Assembly: GCA_963792905.1 (NCBI GenBank)
Contig: CAWBYE010000025.1
Span: 8,637 to 72,636 of the forward strand
Length of the DNA stretch: 64,000 nt
Origin: an uncultured Acidimicrobiaceae bacterium
GTDB lineage: Bacteria > Actinomycetota > Acidimicrobiia > Acidimicrobiales > Ilumatobacteraceae
Direction: 5' to 3'
Numbering within the stretch: the first letter of the stretch is position 1; every line of letters starts with the position of its first letter. Shown in pieces: positions 37,359-48,706 of this stretch. Made by a program: the position numbers and the translations under genes. The notes below the pieces were generated by a model. It was given only the letters and a program-made list of their open reading frames with translations. It did not search any database and was not told the DNA's origin.

Positions 37359-40010
37359 TCAGCGCAGCGCAGCGTGGACGACCCAGGGCCGCAGCGGTGG
37401 AATCTCGTCGTCCACCGGCGCCACCACTGCCTCACGGCTCACGGCCGTCCACTGTTCGTGGTCCCAGGCGAGTGCCCAGCGGAGGAAGGCCGTCGCATCC
37501 AGCGGCCGCTGGATGAGGAACCCCTGAACCTCGTCACAGCCGAGATCACTCACCAGGCGCAGCGTCGCGGGGTCGTCGATTCCCTCGGACACAGTCGCCA
37601 GTCCGAGGTCGCCGGCCAGGTTGATCGACGCACGCACGATGGCCGCCGCTCGATCGTCGGAAACCATTCGGCTGACGAAGCTCCGATCGATCTTGAGCTG
37701 ATCAACCGGGAGCCGGTGCAGATGTTGCAGTGACGAGTACCCGGTTCCGAAGTCGTCGATCGCCACCCGAACACCGAGACTCCGCAGCCGGGACAACACC
37801 GACACGCTCGTGTCGAAGTCGACCACCATCGCATCCTCGGTGATCTCGACATGGAGCGCACCGGGGGCGACCCCGCTCGTCTCCAACATCTTGGCGATGT
37901 CCTCGGGCAACTCGGGGTCGAGGAGGTCGCGCGGGGTCAGGTTGACAGCGATCGGGATGTCGATCCCGGCCCGACTGAACGTCGCCGAGGTCGAGATCGC
38001 ATGTTCGATCACGAACCGGGTCAGGTGGCCGATCAGGCCTGCCTGCGCGAGCAGCGGGACGAACTCGCTCGGCGGGACGGCACCGTGGACGTCGTGCGTC
38101 CACCGCGCCAGCGCCTCGGCACCCGTGATCGCTCCGGTGACGGTCGAGATCTTCGGCTGATAGTGCACGAACAGGTCATCGCTCTCGAGCGCCGCCCGCG
38201 CCGAGAGATACAGGTCGAGTCGGCGCGGCGCATCCGCGTCGAGCGCCGGCTCGTACCAGACCACGCCGGCTTGTTGACGCTTCGCCTCGTACATCGCCGT
38301 GTCGGCATGTCGGAGGATGGTGGCGCTGTCGTGACCGAGCTCGGGCCACTTGACCACGCCGAGGCTGGCACCGATCTCGAAGGTGATGCCTTCGAGGTTG
38401 AACTTCGCGCAGATGCTCTCGTGAAGTACCCGCAGCCGATGGTCGATGTCGGCGTCAGTGTCGCTGTCGCGCAGCGAGAGCAACATGGCGAACTCGTCGC
38501 CACCGAATCGTGCGACCAGGTCGGTCGAGCGACCGGCGGCGCGCAGCCGGTTGGCGACCTCGACGAGCAACCGGTCTCCCATGTCGTGACCGAGCGAGTC
38601 ATTGATCTCTTTGAAGCGGTCGAGGTCGATCATCAACACGACGCCCCGGTGGTCGGCGTTGGAGAGACTCGCGGTCAGCGCGACTTCGAACGTCAACCGG
38701 TTCGACAAACCCGTGAGCGCATCATGTTGGGCCTGGGTCTCGAGTTCGGCGACCAGGTGATCGTTCGAGAGACGAGCGCTCAAGGTGTTCGCCAGCGAAC
38801 CGAACAGCCGGAACTCCTCGCTCGCGAATTCACTGCGCATGCCGAGGCGATCTGCCACGAACAGCACGCCGACACGATCGACCTCGGTCAGCACCTTGAT
38901 CGTGAGCAACTTGGACGCGTTCAAGCTCTGCAAGACGTGGCGACCCATCCGGCCGGCCTCTTCGACGTTCACCTCGCTGACCGACCGATCGTTGGAGATC
39001 GCGATCAGTCCGGCGGAGAATGCTTCGGGATCGAGATCGTGGAACGTGTCGTCGACGAGTACCCGGAGAGCTGATGGCGTGCCGGGATCGTTGGACATGA
39101 TGAGCAGGCCGGCCGAACGGGACCGCATGATCTGGACCAGTTCGGCAAGGCCGGTGTCGACGGTTCTCGGACCACGCTCGTTCGTCAAGGCACGTGTGAA
39201 TCCATGCAGCTGCTGGAGGTCCTTGTGGCGCTGTGACAGCTGACCACTGCTCTGCATCAGCGCGCCGACGCCGATCACGGGCACGATCGCGAACAGGATC
39301 ATCGCGGGGTTGCCCGACGACGCCGACAGTGCGGTCACGGTGAACGTACCGGCCAGGGCCGCCAGGATCTGCGACTGGCCGACGTCCGCGAACAGGCTCG
39401 GCCGGAATCGAACATCGACGACCATGATGACCAGAGACACCGACACCAGGCTGAGCAACTCGGCAGCGAGCACCGCAGTCAGCGGAACCATCCACTCGAG
39501 CAACGATGACGGCATCGCCATTCCCAGGATGTGACGCAGGATGAATGCGGCGAGGGCCGCCTCGGCGAAGAACAGGCACAAGTTCCAGGTCGTCTTCACG
39601 AGGTCGGACTTGCGCACCCACAAGATCGCGGGAGCTGCACCGCAGAGGTAGGCCAGTGAGAGCGCCAACGGGCTGACGAAGAGCAGCCCGAACATCATCG
39701 GGATCCCGCTGAGTGAGAGTGAGTGCGACTCCTTGCGGATCTCCACGTGGAGTGCGGTCGCTTCGGCGATACCGAAGGTGATGACCAGCGCGAACCACGG
39801 CAGTGTCCACGCCCGATCCGGCTCGGCGGTTGGCAGCGGCGTCCATGACAGCAGGACACCGCCGATCAACGCAAGAACACACGCGAAGGCCAGGACTCGT
39901 GTCCGCGGAGACGACCACCGGACCAGCGCACCGAGACGACCTTCGACGGTCGTCTCCAGCGGGTCGCCGGGGCGCTGTGCGCCTGGTCGAGGGATGGTGG
40001 TGTCGGTCAT
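37359..40010 (-). CDS. Membrane-bound diguanylate cyclase/phosphodiesterase (GGDEF-EAL)
   Basis: About 7 TM N-terminus; RSTD I-site + GGDEF; EALARW, DDFGTGYSSL, LKIDRSF. Confidence 0.93.
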   Translation of the reverse strand: MTDTTIPRPGAQRPGDPLETTVEGRLGALVRWSSPRTRVLAFACVLALIGGVLLSWTPLPTAEPDRAWTLPWFALVITFGIAEATALHVEIRKESHSLSLSGIPMMFGLLFVSPLALSLAYLCGAAPAILWVRKSDLVKTTWNLCLFFAEAALAAFILRHILGMAMPSSLLEWMVPLTAVLAAELLSLVSVSLVIMVVDVRFRPSLFADVGQSQILAALAGTFTVTALSASSGNPAMILFAIVPVIGVGALMQSSGQLSQRHKDLQQLHGFTRALTNERGPRTVDTGLAELVQIMRSRSAGLLIMSNDPGTPSALRVLVDDTFHDLDPEAFSAGLIAISNDRSVSEVNVEEAGRMGRHVLQSLNASKLLTIKVLTEVDRVGVLFVADRLGMRSEFASEEFRLFGSLANTLSARLSNDHLVAELETQAQHDALTGLSNRLTFEVALTASLSNADHRGVVLMIDLDRFKEINDSLGHDMGDRLLVEVANRLRAAGRSTDLVARFGGDEFAMLLSLRDSDTDADIDHRLRVLHESICAKFNLEGITFEIGASLGVVKWPELGHDSATILRHADTAMYEAKRQQAGVVWYEPALDADAPRRLDLYLSARAALESDDLFVHYQPKISTVTGAITGAEALARWTHDVHGAVPPSEFVPLLAQAGLIGHLTRFVIEHAISTSATFSRAGIDIPIAVNLTPRDLLDPELPEDIAKMLETSGVAPGALHVEITEDAMVVDFDTSVSVLSRLRSLGVRVAIDDFGTGYSSLQHLHRLPVDQLKIDRSFVSRMVSDDRAAAIVRASINLAGDLGLATVSEGIDDPATLRLVSDLGCDEVQGFLIQRPLDATAFLRWALAWDHEQWTAVSREAVVAPVDDEIPPLRPWVVHAALR

Positions 40011-40318
40011 CGGTGCTCCGCGCCGGACCTCGGCAACGTCGTGTCGAGCCTCAGCTCGGTTGCTTCGTACCCGGCCACGTTGGTGTTGTCGGCACGGATA
40101 ACGACCGTCTTGAGGGTCACCTGCATGCCTCCGCCGTGCGACCAGACAGCAGAATGCGACCGTTCATGATGGAGCACGCTCACCGGCCGGACCTCTGAGG
40201 AGCGCCAGATCGATCCAGATCACGCAACCGTCAGCGGCCTTCGGTGCCGGGCTGCGCGGCATCGATCTCGACGACGCGACCCCCGACGCATCGCCGGGCG
40301 TCGGCTGACGCGGCCGAG

Positions 40319-41539
40319 TCAGTCGGCGGCGTAGCGCCGCAGGATTCGTCGACCCAGGCTCGTCTTGTGCACCTCGTCGGCACCGTCGTAGATGCGAGCC
40401 GCCCGTTCGTGGCGGTACCAGTAGGACAGGACCGTATCGTCGGTGACGCCGAGCGCGCCATGCGCCTGCAGAGCGGTGTCGACCGCCTTGAGCATGGTGT
40501 TCGCGACCACGAACTTGATCGCCGAGATCTCATCTCGTGCCGCCTTCGCCCCCTGCTGGTCGATCATCCAGGCGGCGTGCAACGTCTGCAGTCTGGCGCC
40601 GCGGATCTCGGCGTCGAGCTCGGCCACCCAGTGTTGCACGACCTGCCGGTCGGCGAGCGTGCTGCCGTCAGGGGCGATCACTCGCCGATTGACACGGTCG
40701 CACATCATGTCGAAAGCACGGCCCGCGATGCCGAGCCAGCGCATGCAATGGTGGATCCGCCCCGGTCCCAATCGGTCTTGTGCGATCACGAAGCCGCCGC
40801 CCTCCGTTCCGAGCAGGTTCGACTTCGGGACCCGGCAGGACTGGTAGGAGACCTCACCGTGGCTGGCGTGTCCCGAGCCGGCGTGCCCCATCACGCTGAC
40901 GTTGCGGATCAGGTGAAACCCCGGAGCGTCCGTCGGCACGATGATCATGCTCGACCGGCGATACGGCGGCGCGTCTGGATCGGTCACCGCCATCACGATC
41001 GCGAACGCGGCGCCGTCAGCCGACGACGTGAACCACTTTTGCCCGTTGATCACGTAGTCATCGCCGTCGCTCACCGCGGTCGTCTCCAGAAGGAGCGGAT
41101 TCGACCCCGCCGTCTCCGGTTCGGTCATCGAGAAACAACTGCGGATCTCACCAGCGACGAGCGGACGGAGCCACCGATCCTGCTGCTCGGGGGTTCCGTG
41201 CTGATGGAGGATCTCGATATTGCCGGCATCGGGGGCCTGGGTGCCGAACACGGTCATACCGAGCGGGCTCCGTCCGACCGCCTCGGCGAACAGACCGTGA
41301 TCGACCATCGACAGGCCGAGGCCGCCGAACTCGACCGGGTGGTTCGGCGCCCACAACCCCATCTGCCTGACCTTGGCCTGGGCGGCCACCACGGCTGCGT
41401 CGAGGCCGGGCGCATCACCGTGCAGCATCTCGCCCTCGAGCGGGATGACCTCACGGTCCATGAACTCGCGAATCATCGCCAGCCGAACCGTCATCTCCTC
41501 CGACACATGAAAATCCACCACATACCTCCCGTCGGGCAC
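40319..41539 (-). CDS. Acyl-CoA dehydrogenase
   Basis: SCFSMTEP, INGQKWFTSSA, AQDRLGPGRIHHCMR, ARIYDGADEVH. Confidence 0.92.
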   Translation of the reverse strand: MPDGRYVVDFHVSEEMTVRLAMIREFMDREVIPLEGEMLHGDAPGLDAAVVAAQAKVRQMGLWAPNHPVEFGGLGLSMVDHGLFAEAVGRSPLGMTVFGTQAPDAGNIEILHQHGTPEQQDRWLRPLVAGEIRSCFSMTEPETAGSNPLLLETTAVSDGDDYVINGQKWFTSSADGAAFAIVMAVTDPDAPPYRRSSMIIVPTDAPGFHLIRNVSVMGHAGSGHASHGEVSYQSCRVPKSNLLGTEGGGFVIAQDRLGPGRIHHCMRWLGIAGRAFDMMCDRVNRRVIAPDGSTLADRQVVQHWVAELDAEIRGARLQTLHAAWMIDQQGAKAARDEISAIKFVVANTMLKAVDTALQAHGALGVTDDTVLSYWYRHERAARIYDGADEVHKTSLGRRILRRYAAD

Positions 41540-41779
41540 GGTACGTGGGGCGCCGAGGCGTGACCAGAGGCCTTCGTCCTCCGACAGACACCGAATCGGA
41601 CAAGGGCGGGTGAACCTTCCTCGGCGACGCCGGCCATCGCTCGGTGCTTCCGTCCTGTCGCTCCTTGCTTCCGTCGGGTAGGTTGACCCGTCGTTCCCTC
41701 ACCCGTGTTGGGCTGCATACAGCTCCGACGACGATGTCGCACCAGCGTTGCCGTGCACCCTCCGAACCTGCCACCACCG

Positions 41780-44012
41780 ATGACTGACCAGGCGCCCACC
41801 ATCAGCGTTATCGTGCCGACGTACGACCGTCGCGAGCGGCTCCATCGCACGCTCGAGCGGGCTCGCCCAGCAGCAACTCGACGGTGTGACCTTCGAGACG
41901 ATCGTCGTATCCGACGGGTCGACCGACGATACCGACGAGTATCTCGAGAGCTCATCGGTCCCGATCGATGTCGTCGCGCAGCGACAGGAGAATTCGGGTC
42001 CTGCAGCGGCGCGAAACCGCGGGATCCGGGCGGCGCGTGGTGAACTGTGCGTGTGTTCATCGACGACGACATTGTGCCCGACCCTCGTCTCCTGGTATCC
42101 CACTACGAGGCCCATCAGGAATCCAGCGGATCGCTGGTCACCATCGGGCCGATGCTCACCCCGACCGACGCCAAGCTGAACCCGTGGGTCGACTGGGAGC
42201 AGCGAATGCTCTACAAGCAGTACGACGCGCTACGCGACAAGTCGATGCAGACGACCTCTCGGCAGTTCTATACCGGGAACACTGCGATTCGACGTGAGCA
42301 CCTCGTGGCGGCCGGCGGATTCGACGAATCGTTCCGTCGAGCCGAGGACGTCGAGCTCGCGTACCGCCTCGCCGAGGCAGGCGTCGAGTTCACGTTCATC
42401 GACACTGCCGTCGGTTTCCACTATGCCGAGCGTTCGTTCGACTCATGGCGGGGGAACGCGTTCGAATATGGCCGCAACGATGTCGCCTTCGCTCTGCGTG
42501 GCGGGCAACCGTGGATGCTGCCGCTCATCGCGCGGCAGTTCGATGCTCGACACCTCTTGGTTCGCAGGCTGACCCGCACCATGGTTCGTCATCGAAGGCT
42601 GCACCGAGCGAGCGAGGTGGTGCTCCGCAAGATGGCGGCAACCGCCGACGCAGTCGGAGCCCACCGAATCCGGGTTGCGGCATTGAGCGGGATCTACAAC
42701 TTCGCCTACTACCAGGGTGTCGACGAAGCGGCCGAGTCCATCGGCGGTCTGGATGCGATCCTCAAGCCGGACGCGACGGGCAAACGCACCTCCCGATCTG
42801 CGCCGGATGACGGCGCACCGCCGGATCGGTTCAACGTCCGGGTGCTCTTCATACATTCGGCGACACACGATCGGCTCGGTGCCGACGAATGGGTTCATGC
42901 TCAGATCATTCAGGGTCTCGACACAGCGACACACGACATTCATGTCGCATGCGTGACCGGTCCGGGCGAGTTGCCGACACTCGTACGCGACGTCGTGGAA
43001 CCGCTCGACGGCGTGACCGTGGTCCCCATGGACCCAGGACCGAACAGCGGGTTCGAACGCTCGCTCGCCGGCCTGTGGTCGCTCGCGACCGGCACCGTAC
43101 GAGGACTCGCCAGCATGACCCGCTTGACGTGGTACGTCCACCGTCATCGCATCGACGTGATCCACACCAACGACCGGCCACGCGATGCACTGGCGGCTGT
43201 GTGCATCGGCAAGATCACGGGGACGACGTCGGTCCTTCACGCCCACGTGCTCTACGGCGACTGGATGAGCCCCACCCTCACGTGGGCGTATCGCCACGCC
43301 GATCATGTGATCGCAGTCTCCGATTTCGTCCGCGAAGGCTTGATCTCGGCGGGCCTCGATCCGGATCGCCTGTTCACCGCGCACAATGCGATCGAGCTGC
43401 ATCGATGGGAGCCTGAGACCGAGCCGGCGGACGTGCGTTCCGAGTTCGGGATCCCCGACGAGGCCCCGCTCGTCATCACCGTCTGTCGACTGTTCGAGGA
43501 GAAGGGCGTCGCGCCGCTGATCGCGGCGATCGGCGAGGTTCGCCGTCGCCACCCCGACATCCGGCTCCTCGTCATCGGCGACGAACCCGATCCGCGGGTC
43601 GGGTTCCTGTCCGAACTGCACGACGTCGTCAGCGCCCTCGGTCTCGACGACGCGGTCTCGTTCCTCGGGTATCGAAACGACATCGTCGCGATCATGGCTG
43701 CAGCCGATGTGTTCGCGATGCCATCGTTCGAGGAGCCGTTCGGCCTCGTGTTCGCCGAGGCGATGGCGATGCGGCTTCCCATCATCGGGCTCGACAACGG
43801 CGGCACCCACGAAGTCGTCCGACACGGCGTCGACGGGTTGTTGTCCGCGCCGGGCGATCACGCCGCGTTGGTGCAACATCTCACCGTGCTCGTCGACGAT
43901 CCGGATCTGCGGCGTCAGATGGGCGCAGCCGGACGAGCGCGCAGTCGAGGAGACGTTCACGGTCGAGCGCATGATCTCCGATGTCGCACGGATCTACCGG
44001 GTGGTAGTTTGA
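41780..44012 (+). CDS. Glycosyltransferase GT2 followed in frame by a GT4 domain (frameshifts near 41865, 42045, 43940)
   Basis: SVIVPTY, VVSDGSTD, GPAAARN, FIDDD, GGFDESF..AED (GT2); then VIAVS, EKG, PSFEEPFGLVFAEAMA (GT4). Confidence 0.8.
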
Positions 44013-44036
44013 TGGGACGGGTACGACGGATGGAGG

Positions 44037-44849
44037 ATGGTGAGCGTGGCGGTGTTGTCCGACGCTGAGGTCGAGCAATCGTTGGATCAGATCCGTCAGG
44101 ACGGGTACACCGTGCTGCGGTCAGTGGTACCGGAGGAACCGCTACGCGAACTGGAACGCACCATCAACGAGTCGTTCGAGCTCTCCGAGTCCGACGGATC
44201 GCTGTTCAAGGGGGGCGGAACCCTGAGCGGCCACTTGAACTGCTTCCCGGGTGCCGGATCCCGTGCGGTCTACGACGAACTCGATCAGCGAGGCGCACTC
44301 CGCATCGCCGCTGCGATCGACTCGGAGGCCGCCGGTCGAATTCGCATCACGACGAACTACAACCTTCCGGGAAGTGTCGATCAGCACTATCACACCGATG
44401 GCCTCTACGTCGAAGAGTTCCTGATCTGCAATATCGCCGTGGTCGACACAGACACGACGAACGGTGCGATCGATCTCCTCCCGGGCACGCACCAGCGGTT
44501 CTACAAGTTCTGGCAGTACGCCTTGGAGCGCAAGTACCGCGAGAGCACACGGATCTCCATGAAGCGCGGCGACGTCCTGTTCCGTCTCTCGACGGTGTGG
44601 CATCGAGGCATGCCGAACCACTCATCGGTCGCTCGACCGATGATGTCGATCACGTTCGGCGAGACGTCGGCGCCGGAGAGCAACCCGTTCGGAGTCGACG
44701 GCGAGGGACCACGGTTCTTCCCGAACTGGTACGGCACGAGTCGCGCCGGCGAGATCCGCGAGCGAGTCTTCGTGTCGGCGCCCTGGACGTACTCGACGTA
44801 TCGGTTCGGCCGCTCGCTCGTCGGGAACAAGGGCTACTCGTCGTGGTGA
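44037..44849 (+). CDS. Phytanoyl-CoA dioxygenase-like Fe(II)/2OG enzyme (PhyH)
   Basis: DGYTVL, HYHTD (HxD), NGAIDLLPGTH, GDVLF...WHRG. Confidence 0.85.
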   Translation: MVSVAVLSDAEVEQSLDQIRQDGYTVLRSVVPEEPLRELERTINESFELSESDGSLFKGGGTLSGHLNCFPGAGSRAVYDELDQRGALRIAAAIDSEAAGRIRITTNYNLPGSVDQHYHTDGLYVEEFLICNIAVVDTDTTNGAIDLLPGTHQRFYKFWQYALERKYRESTRISMKRGDVLFRLSTVWHRGMPNHSSVARPMMSITFGETSAPESNPFGVDGEGPRFFPNWYGTSRAGEIRERVFVSAPWTYSTYRFGRSLVGNKGYSSW

Positions 44850-44888
44850 ACCCGTGATCCTCGTGCGTCCTGGTGCCACCGGTTCGCT

Positions 44889-46372
44889 TCAGGGCAACTG
44901 ATCGGCCAAACGGTCGGCAGCGCGGAATCGCGAGCGCCATCGCAGTGAGCGTGGGGTTCTTCTCGGGTCCGGTCGGGAAGGCACTCATGTCGCACACCAC
45001 CACGTTGGACACGTCGTGCATGCGGTTCCAGCCGTCGAGCACGCCGAACTGCGGATCCCGGTGCATACGCACCGTGCCCGAGTAGTGGACCGACGAGCCC
45101 GGTTGGGGATCGTGGAACGGTCCGGGCACATCAATCCCGAGTCCCGCCTCGCCGAGGACGTCGCTCAGACGTTGGCGCGACGAGTGCAGGTTGGCCACAG
45201 CCGTTTCGTCGTAGGCGATCGAAACCTTGGGTCGCTGGCCGACAGCATCACCGTCGCGAGTGATGCTGACACCGACCTCGGGCTGCGGCACCATGGTCCC
45301 GAACACCTGCACCCCGATCGCCGTGGTACCCCGAAAGGAGTTTCGGAGACCGTCGATGACCGATGCCCTGCCAAAGGTGTGGGAGGTCGCCATCAACGGT
45401 GCACTGTCCTCCACGGCGCGCCGCGCCAGATACACGGGGTGGGAGAGCGTTGACATCCGACGGTCGCTCCGAGCGACCCACCACTTCCCGCGGATGGTCA
45501 TGGAGATATCGACCGACCAAACCGGCCGCGTTCCCGAGACCATCGGGGAAGTCAGCCGAAATCGACCTCAGGAGGATCATCGTGGTGTCGATCGTGCCCG
45601 CAGCCACGACGACGGCGCGCGCCCGGAACCACGTGGGTCTCACCGGTCACTCGGTCGACGTATTCGACCTCGTCGACACGATGTTTCGCCGACGACCAGT
45701 GCAGACGTGTGACGTGGGCACCCTGCCTGAGTTCGAAGCCTCGTTCCTGCTCCAGTGGGCGAATGACACACTGATAACTCGAGAACTCGGCGCATCGCCT
45801 CGCCACCATCCACGGAGCGCCCTTGGCGAGGGGAATCACGCCGAGACCCGAGCCGTTGGAGGTCCCTCGCTCGACCACCGCTTGCCAGTACGCGGGAGGT
45901 CGTGCCGATGACGGATCGAGTTCGAGGGCACACCAGGAATCGGATCGCCCGCAGTCACGCGGAGATGATGTTCGGCCTCGACATAGAACGGCTCGAGATC
46001 GTCGTAGGTGACCGGCCAGACATAACGTTCGTCGAGGCGGCCGCCCTCTGAGAAGTCGTCGGGTGCGAACCGGGGCACCGCCGCGGTCCAGTAGTTGGAG
46101 AGACCGCCGTGGGAGAGGCTCGAGTACCACTCGACATCGGCCGGGCTGTCGGGATCGAGTCGATCGCCGTCGATCTCGGACCACTGCCGATAGCGGATAA
46201 CGGTGTGCCCGGCTGCCTTGACCACGAGGCCACGGGGCGCCCGGGTTCCCGCGTCGAGCATGAGGACGTTCACGCCGCGCCGGACGAGTCGGTCGGCGGC
46301 GACCGCCCCACAGGGACCGCTTCCGATGACGATGACCGGCGCGTCGTCGCCGGAGAGTTCGGAGGAGTTCAT
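44889..46372 (-). CDS. GMC-family oxidoreductase (several frameshifts)
   Basis: IGSGPCG, GGLSNYW, AAGTIDT..ILLRS, GRYLHDH, VHYSGTVRM, NVVVCD.S.FP...KNPTLTAMALA. Confidence 0.8.
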
Positions 46373-47346
46373 GACTCAGGCCCGTCGTTGCTCACACGAC
46401 CGACCGCAGCGTCGACGGCCCGATGGACGTCGTCGGGGAGCGGGCCCGTTCCCACGAGCCCGATGTTGCGCCGCAGGTGTTGTTCGCTGCTCATCCCGAG
46501 CAAGATCACCGAGAGTGCCGAATTGGCAACCGCCCACCGGATCGCCAGTTCGTCGAGCGCCAGGCCCGATGCCGACGACACCTCCCGGAGGGCTGCCAGC
46601 GTGGGTTGCTGGTGGTGTCCGGCGAGTTCGTCGGAGTCGGCCACCGCCAATGCGATCACACCGCCGCCGAGCACGCCGCGCGCCCAGATCGCACACGCAT
46701 CGTCACGTTGACCGATCTCGTCGAGCGTGCCAGGGTCGAGGACCCCGAACGGCACCTGGAGAACATCGAGGGCGACCCCTGACTCGGCCCACTGTCGAGC
46801 CGAATCGACCGATTGTGCCCCCACTCCGAACCGGCGGACCTTTCCGGCCGAACGCAGGTCCTCGAGTTCGCCGATGAGTTCGGGGAGGACGCTCGGCGGG
46901 CCGTGGAGTTGGTACACGTCGACGTGGTCGGTACGCAAGCGCCTCAGACTCTGGTCGAGCGCACGCCGGAGATGGCTCGGCGAGAAGTCCTGCTCGGCAT
47001 ACCCACCAGGCACCGGCACGCCCGCGGCGCCCTCTCCTCCTCGTGACCGGACCTTCTTGACCGCCGGAGCCAGAAGACGACGTCCGTGGCGCTCCACCGC
47101 CGACCGATGTCGGAACAGAAACCCACCCTTGGTGGCGAGCACCACCTCCGAGCGTCGACCCTGCAGCGCTCGGCCGAGGACGTCCTCGCTCGCACCGGCA
47201 CCGTATGCGTCGGCGGTGTCGAACACCGTCACGCCCGCATCGAGTGCCGCATGTACGAGCTGCGTCTGCCGGGCCACCGAACCACCCTGTGACGAACTGC
47301 CCAGATTCACACAGCCGCACCCGATTTGCACCCGCCCACCCTTCAT
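46369..47346 (-). CDS. Aldo/keto reductase
   Basis: FDTADAYG.G.SE, VLATKG, SLRRLRTDHVDVYQLH, GKVRRFGV. Confidence 0.88.
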   Translation of the reverse strand: MKGGRVQIGCGCVNLGSSSQGGSVARQTQLVHAALDAGVTVFDTADAYGAGASEDVLGRALQGRRSEVVLATKGGFLFRHRSAVERHGRRLLAPAVKKVRSRGGEGAAGVPVPGGYAEQDFSPSHLRRALDQSLRRLRTDHVDVYQLHGPPSVLPELIGELEDLRSAGKVRRFGVGAQSVDSARQWAESGVALDVLQVPFGVLDPGTLDEIGQRDDACAIWARGVLGGGVIALAVADSDELAGHHQQPTLAALREVSSASGLALDELAIRWAVANSALSVILLGMSSEQHLRRNIGLVGTGPLPDDVHRAVDAAVGRVSNDGPES

Positions 47347-47554
47347 CGACACACCTCGGCTGGCGTGGACGGTACCAGAGACGTGCCGCTGCGAGGGCCT
47401 GCGGAAGCGGCGATCGCGGCGATCGATCGCCGGCCGCACTATTCCGGCGACGAGGTCTGCTGCGCCGGCCGTGGCGACCGATAGCCTGGATCCGCGGGGC
47501 CGACCACACGACGTTCCCGGTGACAACACGATTTCCAACGACCCGAGGAGCGCG

Positions 47555-48524
47555 ATGCTTCCCAATTTCTTCGTGATCGGCGCACCGAGGTCTGGAACGA
47601 CCTCGCTCTACGAGTACTTGAACTCGCACCCGGATGTCTACATGAGTCCGAAGAAGGAACCAGACTTCTTCAGCTATTCAGCACTCGGCAAAGCGCACCC
47701 GCTCGACAGCGAACCAGGCGAGCGCTCGCTCGCCGACGACGCTGCCACCGATGCCGGCCTGGCCGACGACTTCGCCAAGTACGAGTCGTTGTTCGCCAAA
47801 GCGGCCGATCAACGTCGCGTCGGAGAGGCCTCGGCGATCTACCTGGGTGACCCGCTGGCGGCCTGGCACCTGAAGAGCTACCGGCCGGATGCGAAGTTCA
47901 TCATCGTGCTCCGCGACCCGGCCGAACGGGCGTTCTCGCACTTCGTGCACGCCAAGCGGATCTACGCAGAGCACAGCCCCCAGAGCGCGGCCGACGACCG
48001 GACGGTCGACGACGAGTTCGAGCGTGTCATCGAGGTCGCACTCACCGACGGGATGCCGCACGAGCTCGTCACGGAGCAGGAGATCTGGATCCGTGCCGGC
48101 TACTACCACGCCCACCTCACCCGCTGGTACGAGTTGTTCGACCGCGACCGCTTCAAGCTCTTCCTCTTCGAGGATCTGGCTGCGGACCCACACCTCCTCA
48201 TGAAGGAGGTCTTCGGCCATCTCGACATCGACGACTCGTTCGAACTTCCGACGACCGAGGCCTTCAACGCGAGTGTGGTCCCCCGGAACCAACGCGTCTT
48301 CCGGATGTTCACGACAGTGAACCCCGTGATGCGCAAGGCGCGTGCGATCGCACCCACGAGCGTCCGGGCACTCGCGCTCGCGAACCCGCAACCGGTTCCT
48401 CGGTGACTCCAAACCGGGGATCGATGTCGACCTGCATGCGCAGTTGCGATCGATCTATCGGGACGACACCATCGCCCTGCAGGAGCTCATCGGTCGAGAT
48501 CTGACCGCCTGGCTCGACGGCTAG
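47555..48524 (+). CDS. PAPS-dependent sulfotransferase (frameshift near 48390)
   Basis: 5'-PSB IGAPRSGTT, KEPDFF, EAS..Y, 3'-PB LRDPAERAFS; C-terminal DLTAW in another frame. Confidence 0.88.
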
Positions 48525-48706
48525 CTCCGGACCGGTCCGGCAGCACGCCGGACCGAGACATGGGCCCACACGTCTCGGCTCGAACGACGGCTACGGTGCG
48601 GCGACGACCGATCGCACCGATTCGATCACGACGAAGACGAACACGATCACCTCACCAGAGATCCTGGAACGCTGCTGACGCGCTCCCGTTCACGTCGGAT
48701 ATCGGG

